Positions 12,914 through 24,859 of a stretch of DNA of 64,000 nt are shown piece by piece. This DNA is from Octopus sinensis (taxonomy: Eukaryota): assembly GCF_006345805.1 (NCBI RefSeq), contig NC_043003.1:49848001-49912000 (forward strand). The letters run 5' to 3'. Below the pieces are notes generated by a model. The model searched no databases, had not been told where the DNA came from, and saw nothing but the letters and a program-made list of their open reading frames with translations. The stretch's first letter is position 1; every line of letters starts with the position of its first letter. The translations under genes and the position numbers were made by a program.

Positions 12914-14077
12914 TATATAAAACTGAAATGCGTTTTTAACCGCTTGGATCGCTTTCAATGCACTACATCCCGTCCGATTCGCTCCAAAATTTACAGGGAC
13001 ATGTAGAATGAGGTGACGATGCTCGTGGGCTACCTTAGAAATCCCTATCTTAAAAGGTGTGGTTGCTAGGGGCCATCTTCCTCACTCACCCTATTTCCTC
13101 CAGTACCCTCTCACTCCTCTTTATTTGACAAGTCCACTCCAGTTATTTAATGTAAAGTCTTCCTCAAATCACTCTCTCGCTATTTCCTCTCTTCCAAGAT
13201 CATTTTCACTCACTCTTATCCCTTAGCTTCCCATACATTTTACTCATGTATCTATCAGCGTTCATAGACAGAAACAAATATTACATCGCCCTCGCCATCG
13301 CCACGCCATCGCATTCTATTGTCTACCTGTCAACACACACACACATATATACATATATCTAATATTATATTTTTATTTTTATGTTTTTGTTTTTGGTTTT
13401 TTACTGTTTCATTTCCCTATTAGTAGTTTTATCTCTAATTTAATTTCTACAGCGTGTGCACACACACACACACCTATATGTGGCCCCAGTACACCCGATT
13501 GAAATCGGGTTCTCTTCATCAAAATGTGAAAAGGGGTCTACAATTATCATCGCCACAACTTATGTATGTCTTCCTCACTCACTCACTCACTCACTCTTTT
13601 TCCTAATGATAATTATCATCGCCACCACCAACACACAATCATGACAATCTTTCTCTTAAAACAAATCATGTTTACATTGCAAAATATTTCATTTTCCCGT
13701 CCTCTCTTTCATATATCACCTTTTCTTTCTCGGGCTCTCTCTTTTTTCGCCGTCTTTATTTATTCTACGAGTCTATCAATGACAGCCGCAAAAGTTTCAA
13801 TATTCCTACTTCACCTCTTTCAGAAACGCAACAGATATTATTTTTTTTGCCGGGGTTAAAGCCCACTACATCCCGTCGGATTCACTCCAAAATTTACACC
13901 TTCTCTTTCTACCTTTAACTCCCATTCAATTTCTCTTTATCTCCATTCTTAAAGATAATTATCATCGCCACCACCACCCCCACCAACACACAATCTGGAC
14001 AATCTTTCTCTTATAACAAATCATGTTTACATTGCAACGACGTCTGCCACCTCCGCCGTCTCTATTTATTCTGCAAA

Positions 14078-14229
14078 TGACCAGAACTCGGGAAACTTGT
14101 TGAGTGTCTATGGTCTGACCAGAACTCGGGAAACTTGGTTGAGTGTTCTATGGTCTATGACCAGAACTCGGGAAACTTGCTTGACTGTTCTATGGTCTAT
14201 GACCAGAACTTGGGAAACTTGGTTGAGTC
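14078..14229. repeat. Minisatellite, about 3.6 copies of a 38-42-bp unit
   Basis: tgaccagaactcgggaaacttggttgagtgttctatggtcta starting at 14078, 14116, 14158 and 14200. Confidence 0.95.
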
Positions 14230-14914
14230 CTCATCTTATAAAATGTGGCCCCAGTAGACCCAAATGAAATCGGGTTATATTAACCAAAATGTGAAAAGGA
14301 GTCTAAATGGGGCTGGAAGGGGATTAAAATTTAAAGGAGCGGGTGTTTAGCAATTCTCTGTTAACTCAAGCTAAAAAATTTGCGCCAGCCTTTTAATCGT
14401 CAATGTGTTGCCGTCCATGATGAAGTTTTGAATGCTTGCCATCGTGAGTCTACTGTCGTGAGAAAGAATCAATTCAAAACTTGGTTTTTAGGGATTTTCT
14501 TTTACATCAAGTTCAAAATTTTACGCCAGCCGTTGAACTGTCAATACGTTGCTGTCCGTCGTTAAGAAATGCCAGCCATGGTGACTCTACTATCCTCAAA
14601 TTCTATCCCTTCAAACTTTGGGTTCCAATATTTTATTATTTTTATTCAGCTCGCAAGTTCGTCTGTCCCTTTAAATGTTAGTGTTTTGCTGTCTGTCTTG
14701 AAGCAGACTTTTCCGTTGTTACTGCCTGATACTTATGATTGATCATTTAAATATTTTATTTCTCAACTTACTCAGATCTTTTATTGTTTATAAATGGGAG
14801 AGAGTACATAAAAGATAGAGAGTAAGAGAAAGCGAGGGAGAGTCCGAGAGAAAGGAAGAGTAAGAGAGTGGGAAAGTGAGAGAGAGAGAAGGAGAAAGAA
14901 ACAAAGAGGGAGAA

Positions 14915-15228
14915 TCATCATCATCATCATCATCGTTTAACGTCCGTTTTCCGTGCTAACACGGGTTGGACAGTTTGACAGGGGTCTGGGAAGCCAGGAG
15001 GCTGCACCAGGCTCCAGTCTGATCTGGCAGTGTTTCGACAGGTGGATGCCTTTCCTAACGCCAACCACTCTGTGAGCGTAGTGGGTGCTTTTTTCGTGCC
15101 GCCTGCACAGGTGCCAGGGGGGCTGGCAGCGGCCACGATCGGTTGGTGCTTTTTACGTGCCACCAGCACAGAAGCCAGTCAAGGCGGCGCTGCAATCCGC
15201 CACGTTCGGACGGTGCTTTTTACGTGCT
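14915..15228 (-). mobile_element. 3' part of a SINE/LINE-like element with (GAT)n tail
   Basis: (ATC)n tail at left; gttggcgttaggaaaggcatcc motif on the minus strand; three internal ggtgcttttt.cgtgc repeats. Confidence 0.55.
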
Positions 15229-15542
15229 GAAAGGAAGCAACAGAAAGTAACAACCACACTCTTACCTGCGCGTCGAGCGGGTCACCTTCAGCTAGTATAT
15301 ATATATATATTTATAAATAAATTATAAATATAAATTATACAATTTTATGTAGAGATTGTTAACTACAACAATGCTCAGAAACAGGCTAGAATTAAAGGGC
15401 TCTAATTGAGCTAAGTTCCAATTTATGATTTCAATGAAGGCAATACCAACGGAAAACTAGTAATAGGTCATGTTCCTCTAGATTTCCGCTGGTATTGCCT
15501 CATCTGATAGTCTGGCTGATACAGTTATGTATACGGGTGTAC

Positions 15543-15596
<54 letters not shown>

Positions 15597-15867
15597 ACTT
15601 CGTTTTTGGATTTGGTTTGCAAGATTTTTCACGTGAGTTCGTGTGTTGAAGCATATTTTGTTGTGTCTGGGGAGAGTCATTCTCTTTTAGTGCCTTATTA
15701 TTTAACACACTCACCGACAAAGTTTCCACTCATTTAGCTATTTATTTTTCCGAAAATTATCGTTGCGATTTGCAACCTTTTCAATAGTCATTGACTCTGT
15801 CCGTTATCCGAGCTACGTTCTTTTTGTTTGTTTGCGCGCAAACACATGTATGTATGTATGTATGTAT

Positions 15868-16145
15868 GCGATTTAAGGACTGTGTCAAGTCCTCATTAAA
15901 GGCCTGTGATATGCAGGAGACCGACTGGGAGAGCAATGCTTGGGATCGCCACAGATGGAGGAAGCAGGTTAAGGTGGAGATCGATACCTTTGAGAGAGCA
16001 TGTATTCTGACTGAAGAATTTAAGGGCGCTGCTCGAAAGCACACTGCAATCGTAGTGAATGAGGGAAATCTTGGTTTGCAATGTTTCCAGTCGTGTATGC
16101 TTGTCAAGAGCAGGGCTCATCAGCCACCAACGGAGCCGCAAATGT
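15868..16145 (+). pseudogene. 3' end of an RTE-clade LINE ORF
   Basis: RFKDCVKSSLKACDMQETDWESNAWDRHRWRKQV and frameshifted CNVSSRVCLSRAGLISHQRS. Confidence 0.85.
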
Positions 16146-16482
16146 CTCCTTGTGTGTGCATGTCTGAGTGTGTCTGCGTATGGGTTTTACTGACTATGCA
16201 CTGTCTGTATTTATGAATGTGCGTCTCCATATGTGTCCTCTTGTGAAATGAAGTGTGTGTATATGGTCACGTGTTTCAGTCTTCATTTGCGTATGTGTGT
16301 ATGTGTGCTTGTCTGTTCATATTACTTATGTACCTATCCGTCTGTATGTCTATCTGTTTACATTCATATCCATTTACCTACATACATATGCATATACATA
16401 TACGTATACACACACACATACATCTACATAACAACCCACTAAACTATTCTACCTGTATATATGGGTATGAGGGTATGATTAT

Positions 16483-16812
16483 CTACGACGCATATTTTCT
16501 ATGTAGTACTGGAGATGTATCATTTATGAGGACGTACTCCTGTATTTGTCTAAGTGTTGGGCCCTTTGGGTGCTTGAATAAAATGCGGACGTCAAGTTGA
16601 CCCAGGTTGCCTCCATGTTGGTCCTTGGCATGTTGGTAGAGTATGGAGGACTGTTTTTTGTCGTCATATTGTCTTAAATGTTCATTAAGTCTTTCCGCAA
16701 TGCTCCTAGATGTCTTTCTTGTGTGTGTCATGTCCTTGTCTTTACAAGCACCTTCTATGCACCTTATGCTGTAGACTACACTTCTAGTTCTACAGTTAAT
16801 ACCAGGATTAAT
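16483..16812 (-). pseudogene. GIY-YIG endonuclease C-terminus of a Penelope-like element
   Basis: NCRTRSVVYSIRC...KTSRSIAERLNEH...SILYQHAKDQHGG...TLRQIQEYVLI...P.LHRK fits the PLE GIY-YIG; YIG motif decayed. Confidence 0.8.
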
Positions 16813-17026
16813 CCTACATCCATACATACACGCGTATGCGCGCACACACTGACCCACACACATGCGCACAAACAAACAAAAAGAACGCAGCTCGGATAAC
16901 GGACAGAGTCAACGACCGCTGAAAAGTTTGCAAGACGCAAATAGTAAATGAGTGGAAACTTTACCGGTGAGGGTGTTAAATAATAAGGCACTAAGAGAGT
17001 GACCCCAATGGGTCACGGGTAGTCAA

Positions 17027-17095
<69 letters not shown>

Positions 17096-17922
17096 CAAGA
17101 AATATAAATATTATTATAAAATAAAAATACTATCCAGCAAGACTAAAGCATCATAAAAGGTAGAATTATAAATATACAAAGCGGATGTACACAAAGTATG
17201 ATCATTGCTAGAAATAGCAGCCGGTAAGCTATCGGCGCTATGTAGAGCTTCACTGAATGTTTACAGGCAGAGATGTTTGCGGGCGGTGGACATAGGAAAA
17301 TTCTGTCTTACCTCTACGGAGACCGTTAGAGGAATGAAGGATAATATCTGTGTGTGTGTGTGTGTTGTGTGTGCGTTTTTGTGTTTGATTGTCCCCCCAC
17401 ACCGCTTGACAACCGGTGCTGGTGTGTTTACGTCCTGGTAACCTAGCAGTTGGTAAAAAAAGAATAGGTAATAGGCTTAAAAAATAAGTCCTGGAGTCGT
17501 CGATTCGTTCGACTAAAAGTTCAAGGCGGTGCCCCAGCATGGCTGTAGTCTAACGACTGAAACAAGCAAAAGATATAAGATGATAAACACATGTTGTAGC
17601 TTGAATCAATAGCCGCGCAACGGAAATTTGGTACTTCCTTATAATTTCTTATGCAGGAACTTCTACACACTAGCAATTTACAAGAGAAACAAAGATACAG
17701 AGGAAGAAAGAAAGAAAACTGTCTTGCAATGCTGAATGGGATCGCCAACAGAAAAATATAGCTTCAACAAAAATGACTTAAGGGAAATAACTCAAAGAGG
17801 CCAGAGGCATATATGTGGAGCTGAGCCAAACTGTTTTGAAATACACGTAACTTTAGTCAAATGTATTGAATGCTACTTTCTTTGAAAAACTATTTTTCCC
17901 CCAGTCATAATCTACTCTTTAC

Positions 17923-18310
17923 TCTCTTTTACTTGTTTCAGTCATTTAACTGTGGCCATGCTGGAGCACCGCCTTTAGTCGAGAGCAAATCGACCCCAGG
18001 ACTTATTCTTTGTAAGCCTAGTATTTATTCTATCGGTCTTTTTTTGCCAAACCGCTAAGTTACGGGGACGTAAACACACCAACATCGATTGTCAAGCGAT
18101 GTTGGGGGAACAAACAGAGACACACGAACACACACATACATATATACGACGGGCTTCTTTCAGTTTCCATCTACCAAATCCACTCACAAGGTTTTGGTTG
18201 GCCCGAGGCTATAGTAGCAGACATTTGCACAAGGTGCCACGCAGTGGGACTGAACCCGGAACCATGTGGTTCTTAAGCAAGCTACTTACCACACAGCCAC
18301 TCCTACGCCT
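17923..18310 (-). mobile_element. SINE family A, full length
   Basis: Head, centre, microsatellite and tail all present. Confidence 0.9.
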
Positions 18311-18599
18311 ACTTGTTGATGTTTTTTGATCCTTTTAAATTACTTTTAGCTTTTGGATTGGATATTGTTTTTTTTTTTTTATAGGCTTACAAAGAATAGG
18401 TCGATTTGGTCGACTAAAGGCGGTGCTCCAGCATGGCCACAGTCAAATGACTGAAAGAAGTAAAAGAGTATGCAAACTTTCAATTTTAAACCCGAACACT
18501 GTATATACATCAAGCAAACTATCCGGAAATATAGATATCCTAACCAAATTATAAATAATCAGTAACTATGTAACGTAATGACATTTCATTGGACAAAAT

Positions 18600-20000
18600 G
18601 CCTTTAACATTGAGAGTACACTGTCTGCAGTTGTAAGTAGAGTAGAAGACAATCAGCCGGCTCTTGTGTATGGACGAGCTTAAGTTGTTAGTTGTCGACG
18701 TCAAACAACTGTATACACCACTGCAAAAGGAAGCACGGATTATTCTGTAGAAAAATTGGCATGAAATTTAATTTGCGAAAATGCACAAACGCAGTCTTGA
18801 AGAAAGAGTAAATTAACGAAAACCAATAATGTTATGTCAGATAAAGAAATAACTAATAGAGAATTAGACCAAATAGAGACATACAAATACTTAAGAATCA
18901 TTGAAGCAGACATAGTTTAGGTGCAATCATGGCTGTGTGGTTAAGAAGTTCACTTTGCAAACACGTAGCTACAAGTTCGGTCCCACTGCGTGGCATCTTG
19001 GGCGTCTTCTATTATAGCCTCAGACCGGCCAATGCTTTGCCAGTGAATTTGGTAGACAGAAACTGTATGGAAGCTGCATTTAAACTGTATTTAAGGCGGC
19101 GAGCTGGCAGAAACGTTAGCATGCCGGGCGAAAGGCTTAGCGGTTTTTCGTCTGCCGCTACGTTCTGAGTTCAAATTCCGGCGAGGTCGACTTTGCCTTT
19201 CATCCTTTCGGGGTCGATAAATTAATTACCAGTTACGCACTGGGGTCGATGTATTCGACCTAATCTCCTTGTCTGTCCTTGTTTGTCTCCTCTATGTTTA
19301 GCCCCTTGTAGGCAATAAAGAAATAGGAAACTGTATGGAAGCCCGTCGTGTATATGTTTGTTTGTGTGTATGTCTGTATGTATGTGTGTTGGTGGGTGTT
19401 CTCTACTGCTTGACAACTGGTGCTGGCTTGCTTACGTCCCCGCAACTTAGCAGTTCGGCAAAGAATAAAAAATAAGTACTCTGGTTGATTTGTTCGACTA
19501 AACTCTTCAAAATGGTGTCCCACAATGGCCGCAGTCCAATGAGTGAAAGAAGTGAAAACGAAAAAGTATTAAAGATAGTGCTATAAATACATAAATGAAA
19601 GGGACGAATATTATAGACGTATTAGATTAATACTTAAACTTGAATTAAAGGTCACATACAGTGTAATAATTACTAACACTATTTATGTTTCGGTTATATA
19701 TTACAACTATAATTTTTATGACATGAAGTTAAGTGTATTCGTCAGACTAGAGAATGAGAAAAGTAACAAGAAAAATAATGTTTGCATTAAGAAAGCATAA
19801 CACAAAAAAGCAACATAGAACGATTATTATTGACACAGACATGTAGGAGTCTTCGGCAGCAAGAAAACTATTATAAAATTATCTACTGGTGGACTACAAA
19901 CGTATCTAGTCAAGGATAATGGGAAATTAATATAAATACCTATAAAATGGAGTAAAAAGAAAGCGTTTTCTGTTTTTAGAAACAATGATGAATATACAAC
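18600..20000 (+). pseudogene. Decayed RLE-type non-LTR RT, split by SINEs at 18920-19560
   Basis: SRLLCMDELKLL (YMDD site), IGMKFNLRKC, ELDQIETYKYL; after the SINEs RKVTRKIM, SNIERLLL, GGLQTYL. Confidence 0.7.
18920..19560 (+). mobile_element. SINE family A interrupted by a family B SINE (19095-19328)
   Basis: A head to 19075, B element, then A body resumes at a repeated aaactgtatggaagc. Confidence 0.8.
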
Positions 20001-20269
20001 AGAGACTGGGGTAACTGACAGCTAAGAGGAAGAAGAAGAAGAAACAATAATTCAGATTACTAAACTGCTACGACTTAAATTTAAAAAAGAATGGGTCTAT
20101 ATATTGTAGTTCTGAAGATGTAAGGAAAGTTACTGGGTGATGGTATGTCTCTCGGAGTTCGAGAAAGACGGTTCTGTACAAATGATTTGTTAATAGTGAT
20201 CAAATGTATATGCTGTATATTATTAGCTTCCTTCCTCCGTCAAATTAACGTTTCCTGAACAGGTGCACG

Positions 20270-20420
20270 TTGAATCACACGTCAGGTGTCGAGGCGACTG
20301 CAGTGCAATGTGAGATGACGTGTTTTGTTCAAGAAGACAATACACTACCCAGTCTAAAAATCGAAACTACGATGTCGCGATCGTGAATGCAACACCTTAA
20401 CCATTAGGCCATGCGCCATT
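20270..20420 (-). mobile_element. Decayed SINE family D head
   Basis: Minus strand ggcgcatggcctaatggttaaggtgttgcattcacgatcgcgac...cttgaacaaaacacgtcatctcacattgc. Confidence 0.5.
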
Positions 20421-20464
20421 GACAAGGAAAGCTGCAGCTTGATCAGTATCTTACATGTGTGCAG

Positions 20465-20699
20465 GATACCTATTTCTTTACTGCCCACAAGGGGCTACAC
20501 AGAGGGGACAAACAAGGACAGACATAGGTATTAAGTCGATTATATCGACCCCAGTGCGTAACTGGTACTTAATTTATCGACCTCGAAAGGATGAAAGGCA
20601 AAGTCGAACTCGGCGGAATTTGAACTCAGAACGCAACGGCAGACGAAATACCGCAAAACATTTTGCCCGGCGTGCTAACGTTTCTGCCAGTTCGCCGCC
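20465..20699 (-). mobile_element. SINE family B, full length
   Basis: ggcggcgaactggcagaaacgttagcac head, tttgcctttcatcctttcgaggtcgataaattaagtaccag core, gtgggcagtaaagaaata tail. Confidence 0.9.
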
Positions 20700-20701
20700 A
20701 T

Positions 20702-21335
20702 GATACCGAATACACTTTTACCGAAGGACAAGAAGCGGACACGTGAACGGACATAAAGCCGAACGGACACAATAAATATTAAAAAAAAAAAAAATCATTC
20801 CTACCTACATAATCTAATGATTAATTCACCAATTTGACACTTAAGATTTAACGAGATTAAAAATAATAATAATAAAAACATTCCTACTTACGCAGTTTAA
20901 TGGCCAATTCACCAATTTGTCACTTAAGTTTTAACGAGATTAAAAATAATCTCGAAAATATCTTCCTCTAATAAGTAAAAATAATAACATTAAAAACATT
21001 CCTACCTACATAATTTAATGACTAACTCTCCAACTTGGCACTTAAGATTTAACGAGATTAAAAATAGTTTACTATTTAATCCCATTATTTTTGTATGTTT
21101 ACATTGTAAATCCAGTAAAGAAACCTATTTAAAAATGGTTTTATGTATATATTTTTTTCTACATTTTAGTCTGTTAAATGGTTACATTGTAGGAATAAAA
21201 TGATTATCATATATTTTAATTTTCGTATGTCTTTTCGGCATCTTGTCCGTTCGGCTTTATGTTCGTTCGGTATTGTATCCGTCCGGTTCCTTGGCTTCGG
21301 TTTTTTGTCTTTCGGCAAAAATGCATTCAGCATCC
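20702..21335. mobile_element. MULE-like MITE
   Basis: TIR gaatacacttttaccgaaggacaa / ttgtctttcggcaaaaatgcattc; subterminal ccgaacggaca repeats; three internal about 80-bp direct repeats; no TSD recognised. Confidence 0.65.
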
Positions 21336-21467
21336 CGTCCGTGTACCATCCTACATGACTTGGAAAAGATGAAGTAAATATAAAAATACTAAGAACTGGT
21401 AGAGAATCCCATGATTCAATGATGAGATGGAAGAGCGTCCATCTAATAAATGATATTTACTACCCAT

Positions 21468-21858
21468 AGGCGCAGGAGTGGCTGTGTGGTAAGTAGCTTG
21501 TTTACCAACCACATGGTTCCGGGTTCAGTCCCACCGCGTGGCACCTTGGGCAAGTGTCTTCTACTATAGCCTCGGGTCGACCAAAGCCTTGTGAGTGGAT
21601 TTGGTAGACGGAAACTGAAAGAAGCCCGTTGTATATATGTATATATATATGTTTGTGTGTCTGTGTTTGTCCCCTAGCATTACTTGACAACCGATGCTGG
21701 TGTATTTATGTTCCCGTAACTTAGCGGTTTGGCAAAAGAGACCGATAGAATAAGTACTGGGCTTACAAAGAATAAGTCCCGGGGTCGAGTTGCTCGATTA
21801 AAGACGGTGCTCCAGCGTGGCCGCAGTCAAATGACTGAAACAAGTAAAAGAGAAAGAG
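21468..21858 (+). mobile_element. SINE family A, full length
   Basis: Well-conserved head, centre and tail. Confidence 0.9.
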
Positions 21859-22060
21859 ATACTTAGAAACATCGCTATAAGATACAGACAAGACAAACGA
21901 TATAGGTTTATCGCAAAGAGAAAAAGTGTCAGGTTGGTTAAAATGAATATTTTAGAACACACATACACTCACAAAAAGAAAAAAGGAAATCTCTTCATAG
22001 AAGTGGATGAGTATTAAAAGCATAGTAGTGGTACAAGAGCAAAGTCTTTCCACCAAAGTA

Positions 22061-22271
22061 CGAGGTGCGTTCAAAAAATATCCAAATTCATTTTCCCCTG
22101 CCAAAACTCATATCGCATGGGTAACAACCAGAAACTGACACGGCCTACTCGCACCAAAATTTTAATGAATGCGCAGCAAGGGTGGTGTCATTTCTCACCA
22201 AAAGAATTTTGCCTACGTAGCGTTAGTTTGGGCTGGAAAAAATAAGTCGGATATATTTTGAACCCACTTTG
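22061..22271. mobile_element. Mariner-type MITE
   Basis: TA|cgaggtgcgttcaaaaaatatcc on the left, ggatatattttgaacccactttg on the right. Confidence 0.6.
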
Positions 22272-22729
22272 AGTGTGTGTGTGTCAGAGAGCACACATTC
22301 ACAATGCATGCGCCTTACTTGTTCGCCGGTCGGCTGCGATTTGACGCGGTAGCTATTACTCATTCAAAGTGCCGGGTGTTAAAACACCTAAAAGTCATAA
22401 TCATAGACAGGCGAGACGACTCACCCTGTAATCTCTGCAGCGTCAAACCGCAGCCGACTGGCGAATAAGCAAAACATATAGTGTGTGTGTGCGCGTTCGA
22501 TAATATTTACAACACTTGCTCTGCTTCTAATTCATATTTTAATGTACATGCACGTATATATATATATATATATAAAACAAATATAAGAGAGTGGTCAATA
22601 TATTGCTCACTCTAGCACCAGTTAATCCAAAAGGTTTCAACCACGAAGATACATGTTTCCCATGAAAGCCAGTACGACTGTTAGCTCACACGGACAGGGC
22701 AAGTAAAAAATAACAAAAATACAGATTAT

Positions 22730-22807
22730 TTGGGACAATTGTTTCGCTATTAATGAATTAAATGTAATATTACTTACAAAAAAATCCATTTGTAGCTCGT
22801 CAGCCAA
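22730..22807 (-). ncRNA. Type I hammerhead ribozyme, inverted copy
   Basis: Reverse complement: TTGG-CTGACGA-GCTA-[long insert]-TAGC-GAAAC-AATT-GTC-CCAA. Confidence 0.8.
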
Positions 22808-23331
22808 GACTATCTGGATGAAATCCACTCAATCACACGCCAGATTTTACCATAACGATAAATACGCGTGTGGTTCAATTGATTACATCCGACGTTATAA
22901 TTCAAATGCCCCAACCAACAGCGCGCCAAACTTTCACGGAAAACAAATACAGCATTTAGAAATAAATGCAGCATAATTATTAACTGGTGCTAGAGTGAGC
23001 AATATATTGACCACTCTCTTATATTTGTTTTGTAAAAGTATTGTAATATGTTATAAAATATTATAATAATCCAGGTTTCTCGTAGCACTAGGCCACTTGG
23101 TGTTGAATAAATATACTATTAAATTAGTATCTAATTCTCTCACCCTTATTAATTAATTATAATTATGCTGCATTTATTTCTAAATGCTGTATTTGTTTTC
23201 CGTGAAAGTTTGGCGCGCTGTTGGTTGGGGCATTTGAATTATAACGTCGGATGTAATCAATTGAACCACACGCGTATTTATCGTTATGGTAAAATCTGGC
23301 GTGTGATTGAGTGGTTTTCATCCAGATAGTC

Positions 23332-23408
23332 TTGGCTGACGAGCTACAATGGATTTTTTTGTAAGTAATATTACATTTAATTCATTAATAGCGAAACAAT
23401 TGTCCCAA
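23332..23408 (+). ncRNA. Type I hammerhead ribozyme with extended stem II
   Basis: Stem I TTGG 23332-35 / CCAA 23405-08; core CTGACGA 23336-42; stem II GCTA 23343-46 / TAGC 23389-92; GAAA 23393-96; stem III AC-AATT-GT; GUC site with predicted cut after 23404. Confidence 0.85.
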
Positions 23409-23686
23409 AATAATCTGTATTTTTGTTATTTTTTACTTGCCCTGTCCGTGTGAGCTAACAGTCGTACTGGCTTTCATGGGAAACATGTATCTTCGTGGTT
23501 GAAACCTTTTGGATTAACTGGTGCTAGAGTGAGCAATATATTGACCACTCTCTTATATTTGTTTTGTAAAAGTATTGTAATATGTTATAAAATATTATAA
23601 TAATCCAGGTTTCTCGTAGCACTAGGCCACTTGGTGTTGAATAAATATACTATTAAATTAGTATCTAATTCTCTCACCCTTATTAA

Positions 23687-23734
<48 letters not shown>

Positions 23735-24859
23735 TCAATAATAATAAAGAGTAAAATTAACTAATTAATAATTAATAATTTTACCAAGTAATTTGGAATG
23801 TTAAAAGAACCTTTATCGGTAACCTTATACAAAAATTCTATAATTACAAGCATAATTATAATTATAAATAAGTGAGTAGAAATAAAAGTTTTTCATCTCT
23901 TTAATCCAGAAACGCATATGTGGTTGATCAAAGCCGGGTGGATACGTTATTTTTTCTCTTTACCTACGGGAATTAAGAGTATTGTTGTCTGGGAGATATC
24001 TTATGATAGAGGAATAGTATTTAACTGCTATTTCTAAATTTCGGTATGTGGTGAAGTAATTTGGGAACCCTAATTATAATAATGATTATAATTATAGAAT
24101 TATAGCCTAGATTGTGACCTTTTCAACTCTACTGCCCAAGGAATTTTAGTATTCTGCAGACATAGACCATCTTCAATTGGTGAATGGTAGTATTAATGCT
24201 TATTATCAAGTTACCTTAAGTATGTCTTTTACTGTTATTAACATCATTCTCCCTAGTATTGCTACTTCTACAACACTTATTATTATTATTATTGATATTG
24301 TTAGCAATGAGCTATAAGACTATTATTAAATTTGCTGATTTTATAATTAAATTAAAATTATTTAAATTTAAGAATATCGTTAATTTAATTCCCAAATTGT
24401 TCTGTACTTTCTAGAATAATGGTTAATTTATTTAGGTGTTTAATTTAATTACCTTGTCGACTTGCTATTGTTTATTTTATTTCAGTTCTAATTTTAAAAT
24501 TATATATTATGCAATTATTCAAATTTATGAAACATATATATATAATCCGAAATATATAATATTAGATATCCATCACGGCTGGTTTTACCAATCGGTTTCG
24601 CGTAAAGAAAACAATGGAGTGTCAAGTAACAAACCGATTATATAACTTTACGCTCATCAGAGTTAGCCGATATGGAACAGAATACTGTAGGAGGTAGATT
24701 AACACAACTGAAGTTTGGATTGTCAGGTCGAAGTTTCGTGCAATGGGTCGACAAAGATCCAACGCTGCGAGATGGGACCCTGTGGTAAACGAACCGGAGG
24801 AGATATGCAAGGTTCTTTACGAGCTTTTCAGACAGCTTTGCGATGACTGTACTGCCGCT

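Larger units (their letters stand above)
12912..15295 (+). mobile_element. Putative non-autonomous Helitron-like element with internal duplications
   Basis: Starts TCTATATAAAACTG after (TA)n; ends cctgcgcgtcgagcggg hairpin then CTAG|T; internal repeats 12961/13863, 13498/14243, 13605/13955. Confidence 0.55.
15685..16995. repeat. Inverted repeat pair (15685-15845 / 16862-16995) enclosing RTE and GIY-YIG fragments
   Basis: tagtgccttattatttaacac...gactctgtccgttatccgagct and its reverse complement align by eye. Confidence 0.85.
22574..23694 (+). mobile_element. Young non-coding hammerhead-bearing element (Penelope pLTR or retrozyme-like): inverted 407 bp + 182-bp partial unit + 534-bp unit
   Basis: 22574-22980 is the near-identical reverse complement of 23159-23565; 22979-23160 repeats at 23513-23694; (TA)n on both flanks; no ORF. 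Confidence 0.85.

Noticed and set aside
23850-24250. Possible decayed Penelope GIY-YIG on the minus strand next to the ribozyme element
   Set aside because: Only scattered residues match across three frames; not supportable by eye, and a tBLASTn would decide
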